Part shown: in pieces, positions 49,001 through 62,233 of the stretch
How positions within the stretch are numbered: position 1 is the stretch's first letter
Layout of the letters: every line of letters begins with the position of its first letter
Assembly (NCBI GenBank): GCA_964252035.1
Contig: OZ176201.1
Length of the DNA stretch: 64,000 bases
Source: Podarcis erhardii
Taxonomy: Eukaryota
Reading direction: 5' to 3' (one strand)
The notes under the pieces: generated by a model
Told to the model about the DNA's origin: nothing
The model's input: the letters and a program-made list of their open reading frames with translations, nothing else
The model's database searches: none
Translations under genes and position numbers: made by a program

Positions 49001-50037
49001 ACTATAGGGTACTCCACATACATTTACTTAGTGGTACTCTGTTGCAGTTGTGCCACTAGTGTATATATAATTGTTGAAAACCACTTTTTGGAATCAGATT
49101 CTTAAAGCTCAGTAAGTACTGGGGGGATGAGTTTCTCTTGTCTGACTAAGGATGAATTTGGCAAGATATTATTTCTGGAAGAGTAATCAAGAAGGTGAAG
49201 ATAATCCTCACTGATTGACGGTTTGCTACTTTTTTAACAACTTTATTTAGACTGTGGAGCTTAGTCTCTGCACGGTTTCCTTGATGCTATTTTCCAAAAC
49301 ATCAAACAGGACAAGGTCACCACACTAGGAAGATTCACCTCTGATGGAGGCCTTCAATGCTGTTGACACAAACACAGCAACGTACTTTGAATGACAACGA
49401 GTTTCTGATTCCAGCCGGGAACCATCTGCATGAGGTAGCTGTTCAGGGTGTCAGTTTAAACTTCATCTTGCATAATATAAGCCTGGTGGAGGTGAAGAGA
49501 GACAGAATCTGTTCCTAACAAAAGCCCTTGCTTATACAGAAGGGGACCCCTCCAACCATACTCTAGTCCAAGACTGGCTGAAAATAATAATACTTACTCC
49601 TTGATAAACATGTCAACAAGCATCGAATTGATTTATGCAAGTCCTATCAGTTGATGACTGCACTTCAAGTAGTAACTTGCGCATGTGAATGACGTCTTGA
49701 ATTAAAGACCACCAACAGAAATTCTATCTTGCAAGAAACATGAGACTTTTCAATGGAGTAGCCAGACTAAATAATCTCACCCTTCCTGCATTGTGCCACC
49801 AGTGGGTGGAAGCCAACTGGGCTCCTGGAGAGACAGAGTGGCATCTTTTGGTTGGCTGGTAGGAGCCAATCACAGGCACCATCTAGCATGAGATAGGTAT
49901 ATGTGGAGATGACCAGAATGAGGAGTCTCCTCCACTCTGCTTCACATGTATACTAAAGGTGAAAGCCAAAGTCGATGTAATTTGTGTGTGATTGGGTTGC
50001 TACTGAATTCCTGTAAAGCAAACATGAATTCCTTGTA

Positions 50038-50279
50038 CAGTGGTACCTCGGGTTACATATGCTTCAGGTTACATATGCTTCAGGTTACAGGCTCCGCTAA
50101 CGCAGCAATAGTACTTCAGGTTAAGAACTTTGCTTCAGGTTGAGAACAGAAATCGTGCTCCGGTGGCGCGGCGGCAGCAGGAGGCCCCATTAGCTAAAGT
50201 GGTGCTTCAGGTTAAGAACAGTTTCAGGTTAAGTACAGACCTCCGGAACGAATTAAGTACTTAACCCGAGGTACCACTG
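50038..50279. mobile_element. Tc1/mariner (Tigger/pogo-like) MITE, 242 bp
   Basis: Perfect 18-bp TIRs cagtggtacctcgggtta / taacccgaggtaccactg and a TA TSD on both sides. Confidence 0.95.
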
Positions 50280-51397
50280 TATTGACTAAGAGGTTTTTTA
50301 GCCAGGTAGGTCAGATTACTATCCTCACCCTCATGGGCCACCTTAGGTGCAAGGATCAACTCATCTGTCGACCACCTGACAAATGCCAGAGGATTATCCC
50401 ACCCACCTATCAAAGTACCTTGCATGACATGTGGGAACCACAGCACAAGGTGATTTGCCAGTTCTGTGCTTGGCAAAGTGCCAAATATAGGGTTGGCAAA
50501 ACTGGCTTTCTACAGGATTGGGCTGTGTGATCAGGATTCCCAGCTGATCTGCTTTAAGCCGTCCGTGCTTTAAACCGTTCTTCCCTATTACGTTATGAAT
50601 GAAGCTACTGACTACATAGTCCTATAATTTATTAAAATGCCATAATGAGGCATCTTTGCTATGCTGTGTTTTCCTACTCTGCCCTTCCCCTGCCCAGTTA
50701 AATTGGACTGGAAACAGAACATGATTTTGTAGTATCCTATTGGACACTTAAAGGTTGCGAGACACAATCATAGTACTCATAGAAGTAGCTGCTATTCCCT
50801 AAAGTCATTGGAACTGCTCCTTGAGAAACAAGGGCTGAAAATAATCCTTTGAAGGATTTTAATGACATCATCTCAGATGAGTCACATTCCTAACTTGTGG
50901 GAAATGTGCAGTGCAGATTTGATGTCTGATCATTTTATGGCATATAATGGGATTTATATGCTGCGCCTGCTGCTCATGGGTAAGTATTTGCAGAATTGGA
51001 GCCCCTCTAGACATGGCATTTTAAAGTGCATCAGTAGAAATAATTGAGAGTGGAATTAGCAAATGTGTGATGTCTGCTGCTGCTTTCACATCACCAGGAA
51101 AAAGGAAAGTGGGGGAATGCTTTCCTTCTTTCTATTCAGAGCACTGTAGGTTTGTGTAATAACACTTCTAGAGCATGCCAATGGACTTCTTTCACTTCAT
51201 AGTTACAGTTTGCTGAGCCCTGGGAAGAGGAAGCGGGGAGAGGAACCTGAATCTCACAGAAACCTATGAAAGGTAATGAATGGAGCTCTGCTTAGGAAGA
51301 GATACCTAAGCTTGCTTTTACATTTCTCTGTCACAGCCCACATGCATTACTATATACATTTGCACTGTCTGATCAGCAAAGTAGTCCATGGCAAAGA

Positions 51398-51567
51398 GTC
51401 GTAGCTCAGTGGCAGGGCATCTGCCTTGCAAGTGAAAGATCCTAGGTTCAAGCCCTGACATTTCCAGAAAAGACTGTGCATGAAATCCTGGAAAACCGCT
51501 GCTAGTTGGGTGGACAGTACTGAGCTAGATGGACCAAAGGTCTGACTCTGTATAAGGCAGCTTCCTA
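51398..51567 (+). mobile_element. tRNA-derived SINE (Squam2-like)
   Basis: gtagctcagtggcagggcatctgc...ggttcaagccctg...gagctagatggaccaaaggtctgactctgtataaggcagcttccta. Confidence 0.75.
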
Positions 51568-51600
51568 GGTTGATTGTTCTGGTAAATCAACTGTACTTTA

Positions 51601-52115
51601 AGGGTAGCTGATGGGTCTCAAACCCTTGATGAGTTAGGGACTTCCCTGCATGCAAAGACTGGATCTGGAGGATTGAGTGGATGAGACCAATAATCAAGAA
51701 GGTGGTTTCTGCACATGCAAGTGAGGCCAGATGGAGCTCCTCAACCTGGAAATGGAGCCCATCTAGGAAAAAGAAAACTGATACTAAACTTCCGCCTTGT
51801 GGTATATCTTTGGGAGAAGAAAGGCTAAGGCGTAACCTTACACAAATCCAGAGTGGAGTTCCTAAGACGGTTGGATGGTGCCTTGTATGCCTCTTTCTGG
51901 AAACTTCTGCAGCCAAGCTGGTGCCAAATGTATTACTCTGCTTTCCTTTGGACCACAACAGCGAGGCTGAGAGGCGGTCCTGTCATCTGGGCAGCCCAGG
52001 ACCCCCATGCACACTGCCCAGGCTTGTGCCCAGGGAGGTCACTTCAGTGCTGCTATTGCTGCGGTTTGACTACACCCCTGGAGGTGCACTCCATTGTCTT
52101 TTGATGGATCTCAGC
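51601..52115 (-). mobile_element. Probable 5' portion of an RTE-clade LINE, antisense
   Basis: The reverse complement resembles my recollection of the 5' leader of squamate RTE elements (caaaggaaagcaga...cttggctgcag...catgcagggaagtccctaactca...tttgagacccatcagctaccct). No RT is present. Not database-checked. Confidence 0.55.
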
Positions 52116-53179
52116 AAGAAAATTAAGGGAGCAGTGTTCAAAAAGTTTTCAGTCTGATCTGGGCCTTTACAGGTGTGTTTCAGAATCATTTTGTATAATA
52201 CTTCCAGGGTATTACATACAGAGCAAGTTACACAAATGCCAATTCTTTGGGCTCAATGGGCACTTACAGCTAGTGATGAAAGTGAGTAGAAGCTCTCGGT
52301 AGTGTTTTCTCCTATGTGTTAGTTGGACATACCAAGGAGGGATCAGGATGGTAATACAGTATAAACCCCCTATATTAGTCTGAAAGGGCCTGCCACATGA
52401 CTGGGAACCCTGATTGCCCCAGAGTTCCTAAACATGGGGAGCAGCCCTTCCAAATAAACACTGGATATTGGCTGGGGCAGGCCCCATTAGACAGGCATGG
52501 ACTGTTGTCCTTTCACATGCTCAGAGAATGCATGGGGGAGGACTACTAACACCTGTCAAGAACCCCTTTCTGTGCTTCCATCAGCACTGTGGCTGCTGCC
52601 TAGTCACTCATCTTCCCTATGTCAGTGACCTGTCTTGGACTTGGAGCAACATAAAAGTCTGCATGTTCTGCTGCTTCAAGCTTAAGTGAGGCACTACCTG
52701 AGGGGTGTGTGTGTGAGCAAGTAGGAATACTTAAGCAGATCCACACATTTCAAACATTATCTGCATTTAGAGCACATAAAATAATATTGGGGACTGCAGC
52801 TTGGGGTGCAAGGAAAGGTAGCTTTGTCAGGGGGGACTTCAGTTTGCAAGATCCTTGTGCCGGGATCATGTGCTTTAAATGTGTGTTGAATGAAATTTAA
52901 TTGTACAGCTCGGGATTGCAGAGAAAAAGGGAAATTGTAGCTGCTGCAGCTGGAAGACTTCGTGGCCGTCCCAAGGTGAGCCTCGTTCATGGAAATACGT
53001 TTAGTTTTAAACTGGGCCTTACTAAATTACTCTGAGAACCACGCATGTTCTTAATTAAAAGTTCAGAATTTTTGGTGATGATAAATCCAGGGTTGCAGGT
53101 TCTGCTGTTTCTGCATTGCTGGGGTTTGGACCAGATCAGAGCTTTCCTGTTAGTGTGTGGGCTGCAGTGTGTACTGTGT

Positions 53180-53189
53180 GTCACGTGAC
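53180..53189. promoter_or_regulatory. Perfect CLEAR element GTCACGTGAC (TFEB/TFE3/MITF site) upstream of FNIP1
   Basis: Exact 10-bp palindrome about 940 nt upstream of the FNIP1 ATG. FNIP1/FLCN are established MiT/TFE targets. Confidence 0.6.
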
Positions 53190-53384
53190 TGTTCCTGCGC
53201 TGCTCCTGGGGCTGTTAAGGGGTTAGTTTTGATTGTAAAACTGAATTACTGTGTCACGAAATGTTGCATGTCTAAAAAGTGTGTCACCAACATGAAAAGT
53301 TTGGAAAGCTCTGGACCAGGTGATCCTCACGGTCCCTTCCAATTCTACAATTTTATTCTAATTCTGGGGAAGCAGAACCAAAGC

Positions 53385-54720
53385 AAAAACACGGGGGCGC
53401 GCGCTAATAAGTCAAGAGTCTAACTAACTGCGATCGTGACAAAATACAAATGGGGCAAGCTTTTATTTTTTTGCATCCCTGTTATTGACCCTTGTTGGGT
53501 TTGGGAGGGGGTGCAGATTCAAACATCTCCAGAGCGGCTCAGGAGTTCCACATCCTCCAGGGTCGTGGAATTCCAGTCGGGGTGTGGGGAGGAAAACCAG
53601 ACAAAACTCCACAAAGCCATCTCATCCAAAGCGCAAGGAGCACTCGGGCGTCCCCATTCCCGTCTCCGTCTTAGAATGCGGCCTGTTTCGTGTTCCGTAG
53701 GCTAAAACTCAGCGGATCGGAGGCGAAGTTGGCGGGAGAGCCCAGGCCGAGCGCCTCCCACTTTCCTCCCTTTCCCTTCCCTCTCCTTTCTTGCACCAAA
53801 ACATCCCCAAGCGCCGCCGCTCCACCAAAGCCAAGCAGGGATCGCCGTGTTCCCCACGTGGGCTGGGCCGGGCCGGGCCGCGCGGCCAATCGGCTGCCGG
53901 GAAGCCCGCGCGAAACCCCGCCCGCCCGCCCGCCTCCCCCTCCCTCTCCCGCCGCGGCTGCTCCAAGTGATTAATTTTTGTCATATGACTGTCACACCGA
54001 ATGGAGTCGGGTTCGCGGAACTAGCCGGCCGTCGCAGCTCGCGCGCGGGGAGGGGGGAGATCGCTGGCTGGCTGGCTGGCTGCTCCGGGCTTGGCCCCGC
54101 CGGGGCGAGAGCGGCGCGCTCCCAAAATGCCGCCCACACCCACCTTGTTGCAGAAGCTCTTCAACAAAAAGAGCGGCTTGGTCTCCCCCTGCAAGGAGCC
54201 CCGGGAAGAGTGCGTCTTCAGGTAAGGGGGCAGGCAGGCAGGCAGGCAGGGGGCGGGTGGGGCAGGGGCTTGGTTCCGGGGTCGGATCGCGGCGGGGCTG
54301 ATCCCCATCCCCTCTCTGGCTTGGGGGCACTGCTTGGCTTCCTTGCTGCTCTTTGCGGAGTCGCCCTCTTCGCCTACCAACCGAGCCACGCCGCCGATTC
54401 TTCTCTTCCCCATCCCTAACTTGACAGATCAGACTCTCCTTCTCTCCCAGCCTCCCCCCTTTTCCCCCCAGGAGGAGGCGGGGAGTTTTCCTGGCACCGT
54501 CTTGCCTTGGCGGCCACACAGCCGATCTGCCTCCCAGGCGGAAATCACACGGATGTGTGTCTTCGCCATGCGCCAAAACTTCGCGCAACGTTGTTTCTAC
54601 TTTTTGAGGAGCTCCCTCTCCCTCCTCTTCCTCCTACTCGTGCCTCTTTCGGCCTCGGAGGATCGTGGCCGTCACGTGCGTGCAGAGCCGAGTACCCCCC
54701 CCCCATCACTTTCTTGAGTT
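53385..54720 (+). promoter_or_regulatory. CpG-island promoter of FNIP1 with CCAAT box (53886-53890) and GC boxes (about 53917-53934)
   Basis: Abrupt rise in GC and CpG density spanning exon 1; motifs read directly from the sequence. Confidence 0.9.
54127..54221 (+). CDS. FNIP1: FNIP1 first coding exon (MPPTPTLLQKLFNKKSGLVSPCKEPREECVF-S), 95 nt, phase 2 end; exon 2 lies beyond the window
   Basis: Matches human [31 protein letters not shown]. Kozak aaaATG, AG|gtaagg donor and conserved synteny. Confidence 0.93.
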
Positions 54721-56689
54721 GCAAAAAGAGAAACGACTCCCCTCAAAAAGGGGAGTCCCCCTGCTGCTTCTCAAGCTCTTCATTTGGGTTCTGTTGAGGA
54801 AAGAAAAGAAGAAGAACGGCTCTCTCTTCCTCCTCCTTTCCTGGTGGTCCGTTCCCTCCTCCTTTCTTCAACTTCGAAGCACTAAATAGACAATTAAATT
54901 AAAAATATATAATATGCCATCTGCACACACTCGGCTGTCTTGAAAGTGGAAGCGAGGACGCTTGACTGCCTGGCAAGAGCCACCTTAAATCTTAAGGAGG
55001 GACAGAAAACGCGAACTGTCTGGCTGCCAGTGTAGTGTAGGGTTACCAGAGAAATCTGCTTGATCTTGCCATAACAGAACCCTGCCTGGCTGGGCGAGGG
55101 TACTGAATAAACAGGCTGCAAGCCAAGGATGGTTCTGTGAAAGCCCTTTGTGCCTCTCGGAAAGTTCCTTTTGCGTCTCGTTTCCCTTAGTAATAATAAT
55201 AGAAACAAAACGTACATTTCAGCTCTGTGACTGTGCAAGAGACAAACTCTTTGGGCTTATGATATTCTTTCTTATCCTTTTGCCTGTTGATGGTCCAGTA
55301 CAATCCTAGAGATATGCTGCTTATATTGGGGTCACAGCAATAGTCAGAAATTGAATTACTGTTGGCATCAATATTTAAGCACTGAGATCAGAATATTACT
55401 TCGAAGCCTTTCCATTGTGTACTCAGCCAAAATTGTTTCAGAATGTCCTGTGCATATTTCTTGGACCTGGGTTCTACTGGGTCCTGCAGGAGTGACTTCC
55501 AGGCCTTAGGATGCAAACCTATGCACCCTTACGTGGGAAAACCTCGCGGAATTCAGTGGGACTTATTTCTGAGTAATGAAATAGGGAACTGGGCTGCACA
55601 TGACTTGCACAGATGAGGAATAGTATGCTGTTGGTGTTGAGTCTTCTATCAGCCCAATTCCACTGCTGCTGGAAAAGAAAGTTAGTTACCAACTTTGCAT
55701 TTAGTACTAGAAGGCTGATGTGAGTGGAAATCATTTGCTTAAATTACATAACAGACAATACTACAGTCTTGTAGAGGCTGCTAGGTGTTGCCACTGACTT
55801 CACTTTGACGAAGATTTCACTATTCCCACAAAATTTCTATTTGACATTCGCCACTTGAATTATTTTCATTGTCTGACCATTTTGTTCATTTAAACTATAT
55901 TTCAAAACATAAAATAGATTGCCCAAAGGCTTCTTTGTGGAACCACTTACCAGCTTTGTTTAATTTTATACACAACCGTGTTACTGTTTGTTGGCACTGG
56001 GCGTTGATATCACCTGGTAATACTCTACTGTGCCACCTAGTCTTCAAGAACACCTAAATTAGCCCAAACAGTCAATCCTAGCTGCATCTACTCAAAGGTG
56101 TTTTATAAGCAAACCTAATACTGTATCTATCTGGCTACTTCTAGTGCGCCGTTTTATTAGAATATCAGTATGCAAATGGGAATTCCTTAATGACATGTGA
56201 ATAAACATGCAGAAGTCAATGGAAATTGTTTTGGAGGTTGACATGTTAAAGTCAGTGTTTAAGAAGATACATTTTTAAGAACATATACTTTGAAATAAAT
56301 ATTTCCACAAATAAGAAGCAAGCGCAGCTTTTAACATCCTATGTATTCCTTTCATGGCTTGATCATGTATTCTGTGGTTTCTGCTCTCCCATTTGGTTCT
56401 CACCTTTTCTACTGTATTTATAAAGTATTTTCAGGACAGTACTTCGCAGAGCATGCAAAGCCATTTAGCTATGGTGAAATGCTAGCTAAGCATCAAAAGC
56501 TTTTCATGTACTTAATAGGCTATGTACTTTTCACAGTTGCAGATATTTCAGAGGTGGCCGTATTAACAGGATGAGGTGGTCTTTTGGATGACAATATTGT
56601 CACTTATTTAGAGGCATATGTCTATCACCATCGGAGAATGTTTGGATCTTCTGCATTAGGAATTGCATGCAGGTCATTGGAAATATACA

Positions 56690-56960
56690 TTGGGTTGAAT
56701 CCAGACTTCATCTTCTGCAAATGGAAAGACTCCTGTCCATGGAAGGCTCTTGGTCCAGTAGAAGGATCTTGCAGGTGTAAAGTGGGGGAGGTGACTTTTG
56801 CTGATTTTCTCGTCCCTCCATGCCATTTCCCATCCTGTTCTGGAGGGTCCTCATGTCTCCACATTTTTTCTGAGCATGCAAGGATCTGTAAAGGGAAGGG
56901 GGAATCAACAAAAGTCACCTTCCCCACTTATGCTGGAAGGAGCAAAGCTTGGATCCAAGC
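56690..56960. mobile_element. Foldback element with inner inverted arms of about 30 bp
   Basis: aagtgggggaggtgacttttgctgatt (about 56780-56806) pairs with aatcaacaaaagtcaccttccccactt (about 56903-56929). Outer ttgaatcca / tggatccaa ends. Confidence 0.6.
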
Positions 56961-57859
56961 CATTGGTTACATCTGCTGAAGACATATCCTGCCATAAACA
57001 TTGTGCACTTTATTTTAGTCTCCTCATTAAATAAGGGGTTGACATTTTTATTTGGTTACAACCGATACCAAAACATACATAAGTAAGGATGGACTTGAGG
57101 GCCTACGTAAGACTTTCTGTCTGCATTAAGTTATTAAAAGTTTGTTTTCTACCCATAGATACAGCACAGTTATATTAGTTAGGTAGCACGTCATGGAGAA
57201 TAGGTCAGTCAATAGTTACTTGGCTGTGGCAGCTAACATTTCAGAGGCAGCATAGTCCTTGGTACCAGTTGCTGAAGAAAGGCAACAGGGCATGAGTTTC
57301 TTGTCCTCACCATTGAAATCAGAATATGGGACTAGTTCCTATATTCTTTTCTAGCTATTTGGTGGTTATTGGTGTGGTCGCATATCCTCAGCAGTGTATT
57401 TATTTCACCCAAAGAAAGCACTGGACCTGGCACAATTCTGCGTGGGGATGTCATCTGTGGTGGGCCAAAGTATTCTGTCAGTGCGGGACATGCTTTTGAC
57501 AGCATCTTGCACCCAAAGAAAGTGTTGAGACAGACATCCATGTTGTAGAAGAAGACTCCAGGAGGTGTATGTGTATCATTTGGGGTGTCTCAAATCCATT
57601 TTGGAGGTGCACACCTCCAGTTCCTTATTTCTTGCTGAAGTCTGTGTTGTGTATTTTGAGTGTTGAGCACATTGGGGGAAATTATTGTGAAAGGGACAGT
57701 CCTCCATTCATGGAGATACATGATACCGTGTAGATACTTACAAACCTCTGTTCTTTTTAAAAAGATGTTTTGCTTGAATTGTGATTTAAAATGTCATACA
57801 AATAAACAACTGGGAACTAGTAGTAACCAACTTCAGCACTGTCGAGCAATGTAGGGAAA

Positions 57860-58080
57860 GCAGCAGTGTGGTGTGGGGGTTGGAGCGTTGGATCTCGGGG
57901 GCGGATCTACATTCAGAATCTCGCTTAGCCATGAAACTCCTCGGATGACCTTGGGCCACTCACCATTTTTTAACTTAGCAGGTTTGTTGTGAGGATAAAA
58001 TGGAGGATGGGTGAAGGAAACTCTGTATGCTGCCTTAAGCTTCTTGGAGGAAAGGCAGGATAGAAATGTAGTGAGTAAAC
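57860..58080 (+). mobile_element. CORE/MIR-like SINE
   Basis: tagccatgaaactcctcggatgaccttgggcc...ggtttgttgtgaggataaaatgg...gccttaagcttcttggagg. Confidence 0.65.
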
Positions 58081-61000
58081 GTTGTAAGTGGATGAGCCAA
58101 CAGGGCATTTCTTACGTTTTTGCGTTTGGTGCAATGCTTAGCATCCTGTAAATCCCTAATCAATATTAGATTGTTGTTGTGTAACATTTTTAAGAACAAG
58201 GATATTAAATCATTCACAAAGTAGAAGTGAGTATTCCAGCCAAGTCCTTGCTTGCTTTTCTCATTCTTCCAGAGGAAGAAGGAACAGCAAGACATAAATT
58301 GCAGTAAATATCCAGATGTTAAGGTGGCTCCTTTATTTGGAAAGATCATTTTTCTTAAGAAAAATAGCCATGCATTGCATAAACTCAAGGTGGCTTGGAG
58401 TGGCTGTTGGCATTTGGATTGGGTAGGTTATTGACAAAAGAGGACAATCAAAATTATTATTGGAGGCCTTTCCTTTAGGTAAAAAAGGATACTGGGTATT
58501 TTGTTATTCTCTCCAGTACAGATTTTTACTTCCCTTCCCCTGTCATCAGAACTGTTGCTTATGAAATTTATAGAGCAATCCTATGCAAGTTTACTCAGAA
58601 GCAAAGCCATTGTTAAAGCCTCAAGGTTTTGTTTTAGTTTTGTAGCTAAACTTACAAACCCACAAAGCCCAGGTTCAGAGCTAACACCAAACCATGACTT
58701 AGCCCCAGGTAGGAAAATAAGTAATTTGCACTTCCTGAAACAATGGACAAAAACTTCCTTCAGAATCTGCACTTCTCCAAATTTTGCAGTGCAATTCCCA
58801 ACCAAATAATGTGTTCAAGAATGCATACGCTAGTGTGCGCTTCAAAATGCATATATTGGTGACAGCAATGTTTAAACACGTAGCATAGTAGGGGAAACTT
58901 TGCATTAAAATGTATTTTTAGGCAAATTTACAGCTGAAATCTTTGCTCTGAGAATCTGCAAATTTGCTGCTTTGTGCTAAGCCACAGTTTGGCTTAGTGT
59001 TGCATGCGGATTGGGGTCCTTCATGCATGGCTAGTAAGCGGGAACTCAGCTGACTTCATTGACTCGCAGGTGGGTTCATTACTTGATTAAGAGTTTTTTG
59101 GTCGCTGCACAGTGTTCCCTTGAAGCAACTACCTGAGATGTTATGTCTCAATGCATTTTTCTAAAAGTGTTTAGATTGCTTCCTGGGTATGCTCACGAGC
59201 CAGTTTTATAGTTGTTCTAAGCATGTCCTTCATCAATGCTCCCTTCCCCCATTTTTCTTTACTTGATGGAGTAATTTGTTTTATTATTTGAATCCCCTCA
59301 GCTGTTTCAAGTCAGGATTCACCCTTGAGGGCGCAAAAACTCATAGTATGCTAAGTCCAAATTTGTGTTCTTGAAGGTAGGCGAAAAATGTTCTTACACT
59401 TCCTTTTAAAATGGCAAACACTGAAATGCTTTTGTAAACACCAGGTTTATAATAGAACAGAATTTTCAGACGGTCTGGTAGTATGTTCTGGCTTTTTAAA
59501 CAAATGACAAAACTTGCAATCAGTTGAAGAACACGTGCCCAAAGTGACGAAAAATGCTTACTTTGGGCTGGGTTTTCCCTTATTTATTTAAACTAGTTGC
59601 ATCCAGTGCTGCAGTTCGGCTTGTGAAACAGACTCCATGCAAGCAACATAACTTCCTTTTCTTCTCCTTCCATTGCTCTGCCCTCCCCGCTTTCAAGGGC
59701 TGGAGAGGGGCACTAGGAGCAGATTCAGGGAGTGCTTAGGTGGAGGAGAGGAAACTGAAGTCTTGTGATGTCAACAAACCATAGTCTACTCTAGACTGGA
59801 GCCTGGGGAAGGGCAAAACTCAAAATCTTTCTGGAGTGATTTTGACAGTGAGCCTACCTATGGGCTCAGAAAGAGAGAGAAGGTGGGGGTGGATCCTCTG
59901 AACATATATTTTCCTCCTTGCTCTATAGAGTCTTCTCAGATGCAGCAGAAATCACCAGTGTCCCAGACTATGGATTCTTGGCTGGAACTCCAGTAGACGA
60001 AAACAAAAGAAAGCATAAAATAGGGATCAGAAAGTAGGAAGGGGTCTCTTAAGCTTTTGATTCCACCACTACCACCCCACTGTAAGCCTACTTCCACCCG
60101 GAATATGGGCATTAAGGCTTCCGTTCTTTACCTGCTTACCTGGGAATAAGCACCACTGAAGTCAGTAGACCACTCATCTGAGTAGACAAGAAAGGGACTG
60201 CACTGTAGGCCTGGTAGCCTCTGAAGTGGCCTGTCTTCTGTTCCTTCTTGCCCCTTTCCTATACTTTTATCTCAGCTGTGGGTGAGTGGGCTCCAGGAAT
60301 ATTGTGGACCTTTGTCCAGGGATGTACCTAGGGATTGGCTTGGTTGGCCCCTGCCAAAGGCGCAGGCCCAAGGGCGTGAAAAAATCCCTCCTCTTCACTT
60401 TGGCTCGGAGTGTTTAGGAGCCTGACTGTCCACACGCTTCCTGGGCTGCTCCACCGCTGCACAGCCGGGCAAGGTATGCAGGCTTCTCTGGGTGCCTTGG
60501 TGGAGGAATCTGGTCGCTGGCATGGGCTGTTGTAGTAGCCCTGCCAGTAGGGATGGGGTGGGTGGTCTCAGTTGGCCAACAGCGCTATTGAAGTGTGAGC
60601 AGAGTGCCCAGTAGGGCTCAGAGGGAAGAAAGAAAGTGAGCGAGCGAGCGAGAGTTACAGGAGGAGGAAAAAGAGAGGGAAGAAGGAAGGAGGCAGAAGG
60701 GTAAGCGGCGAGTGGAAGGAGGGAGACAGCAAGGCAGACTGACAGACCAACAGAGGAGGAGGAGAGGCTGAGCAGAGCACAGCAGACCCTGATGGCCTTG
60801 GAGGAAGTCACTGGCAGAGCGTAAAAGCAAACTTTCTGAGTTTCTGGTCCATGGGATCTCCTGGCTTCAGAGCTCCTTGCCAAGGATCCAAGGGCACCTA
60901 GGTAGACCTCTGTCCCTGTCCCCAGAGAGTGGTGCAGAAGTCGTTCATGAGGCAGTAAGGTAACTCAGGAATACTTTGATTAAGTGCGCTTCAGCGGCAT

Positions 61001-62233
61001 TAAGCTTTAAAGGCTGATCCATTAATTAATAAAGCAGCTGAAGCATCACAATTAACTAAGGCACACACTTACTTGGGGAAAAGCTTGCTTATGAATGGGT
61101 TGTGCAACCGCTCACAAACCAGTTTGCCCAGGGGCTCACCTTATCTCTCAAAGTCGCCAAAGGCTCTTTCTTCCTCTCTAGGGAATAGGCTGCGCGCCTT
61201 TCTCTGACTTCTGCTTCCCCTCCCCCTCCTTTTCACAGACAGTACATGAGGAGAGAAGTGACTCAGTGCAGGCTCCTCATTAAGAGCTGTACCCGTCTCC
61301 CCTTTTGGGGAATTCGTAGAAGTGCATTTCCTTCAAGCGTCTCACCGCTTTGAGCAATAGCAAAATGCCTGACCTCTAATAAATGCTACAGCGATGGAAG
61401 CCAACACAGCAGAACCACTTCCAGCATTTCTCAAAAGGAATTAGAAGTTGTGTCCAAAGCATGGGGTTTAACGTATTTCTTCTGCCTCAGGGGAGGGGAA
61501 AAAGTGAAACTGACTCATTTCATACTTCTGACTGTGGCTGGGTTCTCTGACTCTCACTATCATCACCATCCTGCTTTTTCAGCCAGGTCTCAGGGCCTGA
61601 GTTCATCACAGTGGTCATGAGTTGTTCTTTTGCTGACGTGTGACACTCTGCCATGTCGTCTGTGTTATCACTTCCTTGTCTGCCTGTGTGGTTTACTAAG
61701 ATTGGACTGTGACATCTGACACATTTGGGCTGCTTGCAGTGCATTCTGCCTGCATCACACAGCTCTTTAGTTCAGTCTCCTTCCTCTTTGGGGTATAAAG
61801 CTCTTTCAGAAGAGGCTGAGCCAAAGCAGCAAATCATTTGGGTTCCCCTTTTACCCTCCTAGGACATTGCGAACAGTCATAGTGGCACTTGTAAGACAAG
61901 GCATTGATGCAGCCGTTTGCCCAGCACAGACACTATTTCAGTATTTGCTTAACGGAATAAATCTACTTCATGCCTTTGCCTAGAAATCAGGGTGCTTTTT
62001 CTTCTTGCTGTGGCCAGACCTACTATTGGGCAGAGTGAGGTGGTTGCATCTGGTTACAGGTGCTGAAGGTGGGAACTTCAGTATGTGCCCAACCAGCCTG
62101 CCAGAAGCCCCCTAAGGTAGCCTGATGATCTCAGGTGTACTGAAGGAAGATGCTTCCCCATCAGGGTTGAAGTACTGCCAGTCCAGTTAATTTTTGATGG
62201 GGGAGTGGAGAGATAGAGCATTTCTTCAACTTA

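Noticed and set aside
49330-49480. Faint RT-like peptides (EAFNAVD, VQGVSLNFILHNI)
   Set aside because: Possibly a very old LINE remnant, but too degenerate to support a call.
50055-50235. Short regularly recurring repeats suggestive of a CRISPR-like array
   Set aside because: Eukaryotic DNA, irregular spacing, and the repeats are enclosed by MITE TIRs with TA duplications.
51587-52157. 123-aa and 158-aa ORFs on opposite strands
   Set aside because: They lie within the LINE leader fragment and have no splice context or host-gene homology.
53671-54889. Many long overlapping ORFs (up to 198 aa) on both strands
   Set aside because: These are a by-product of the stop-poor GC-rich CpG island. 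Only the 95-nt FNIP1 exon has homology and splice signals.
56584-57034. Overlapping ORFs of 67-131 aa
   Set aside because: They coincide with a foldback repeat in FNIP1 intron 1 and do not match FNIP1 exon 2 (WPLPEFDPSQIR).
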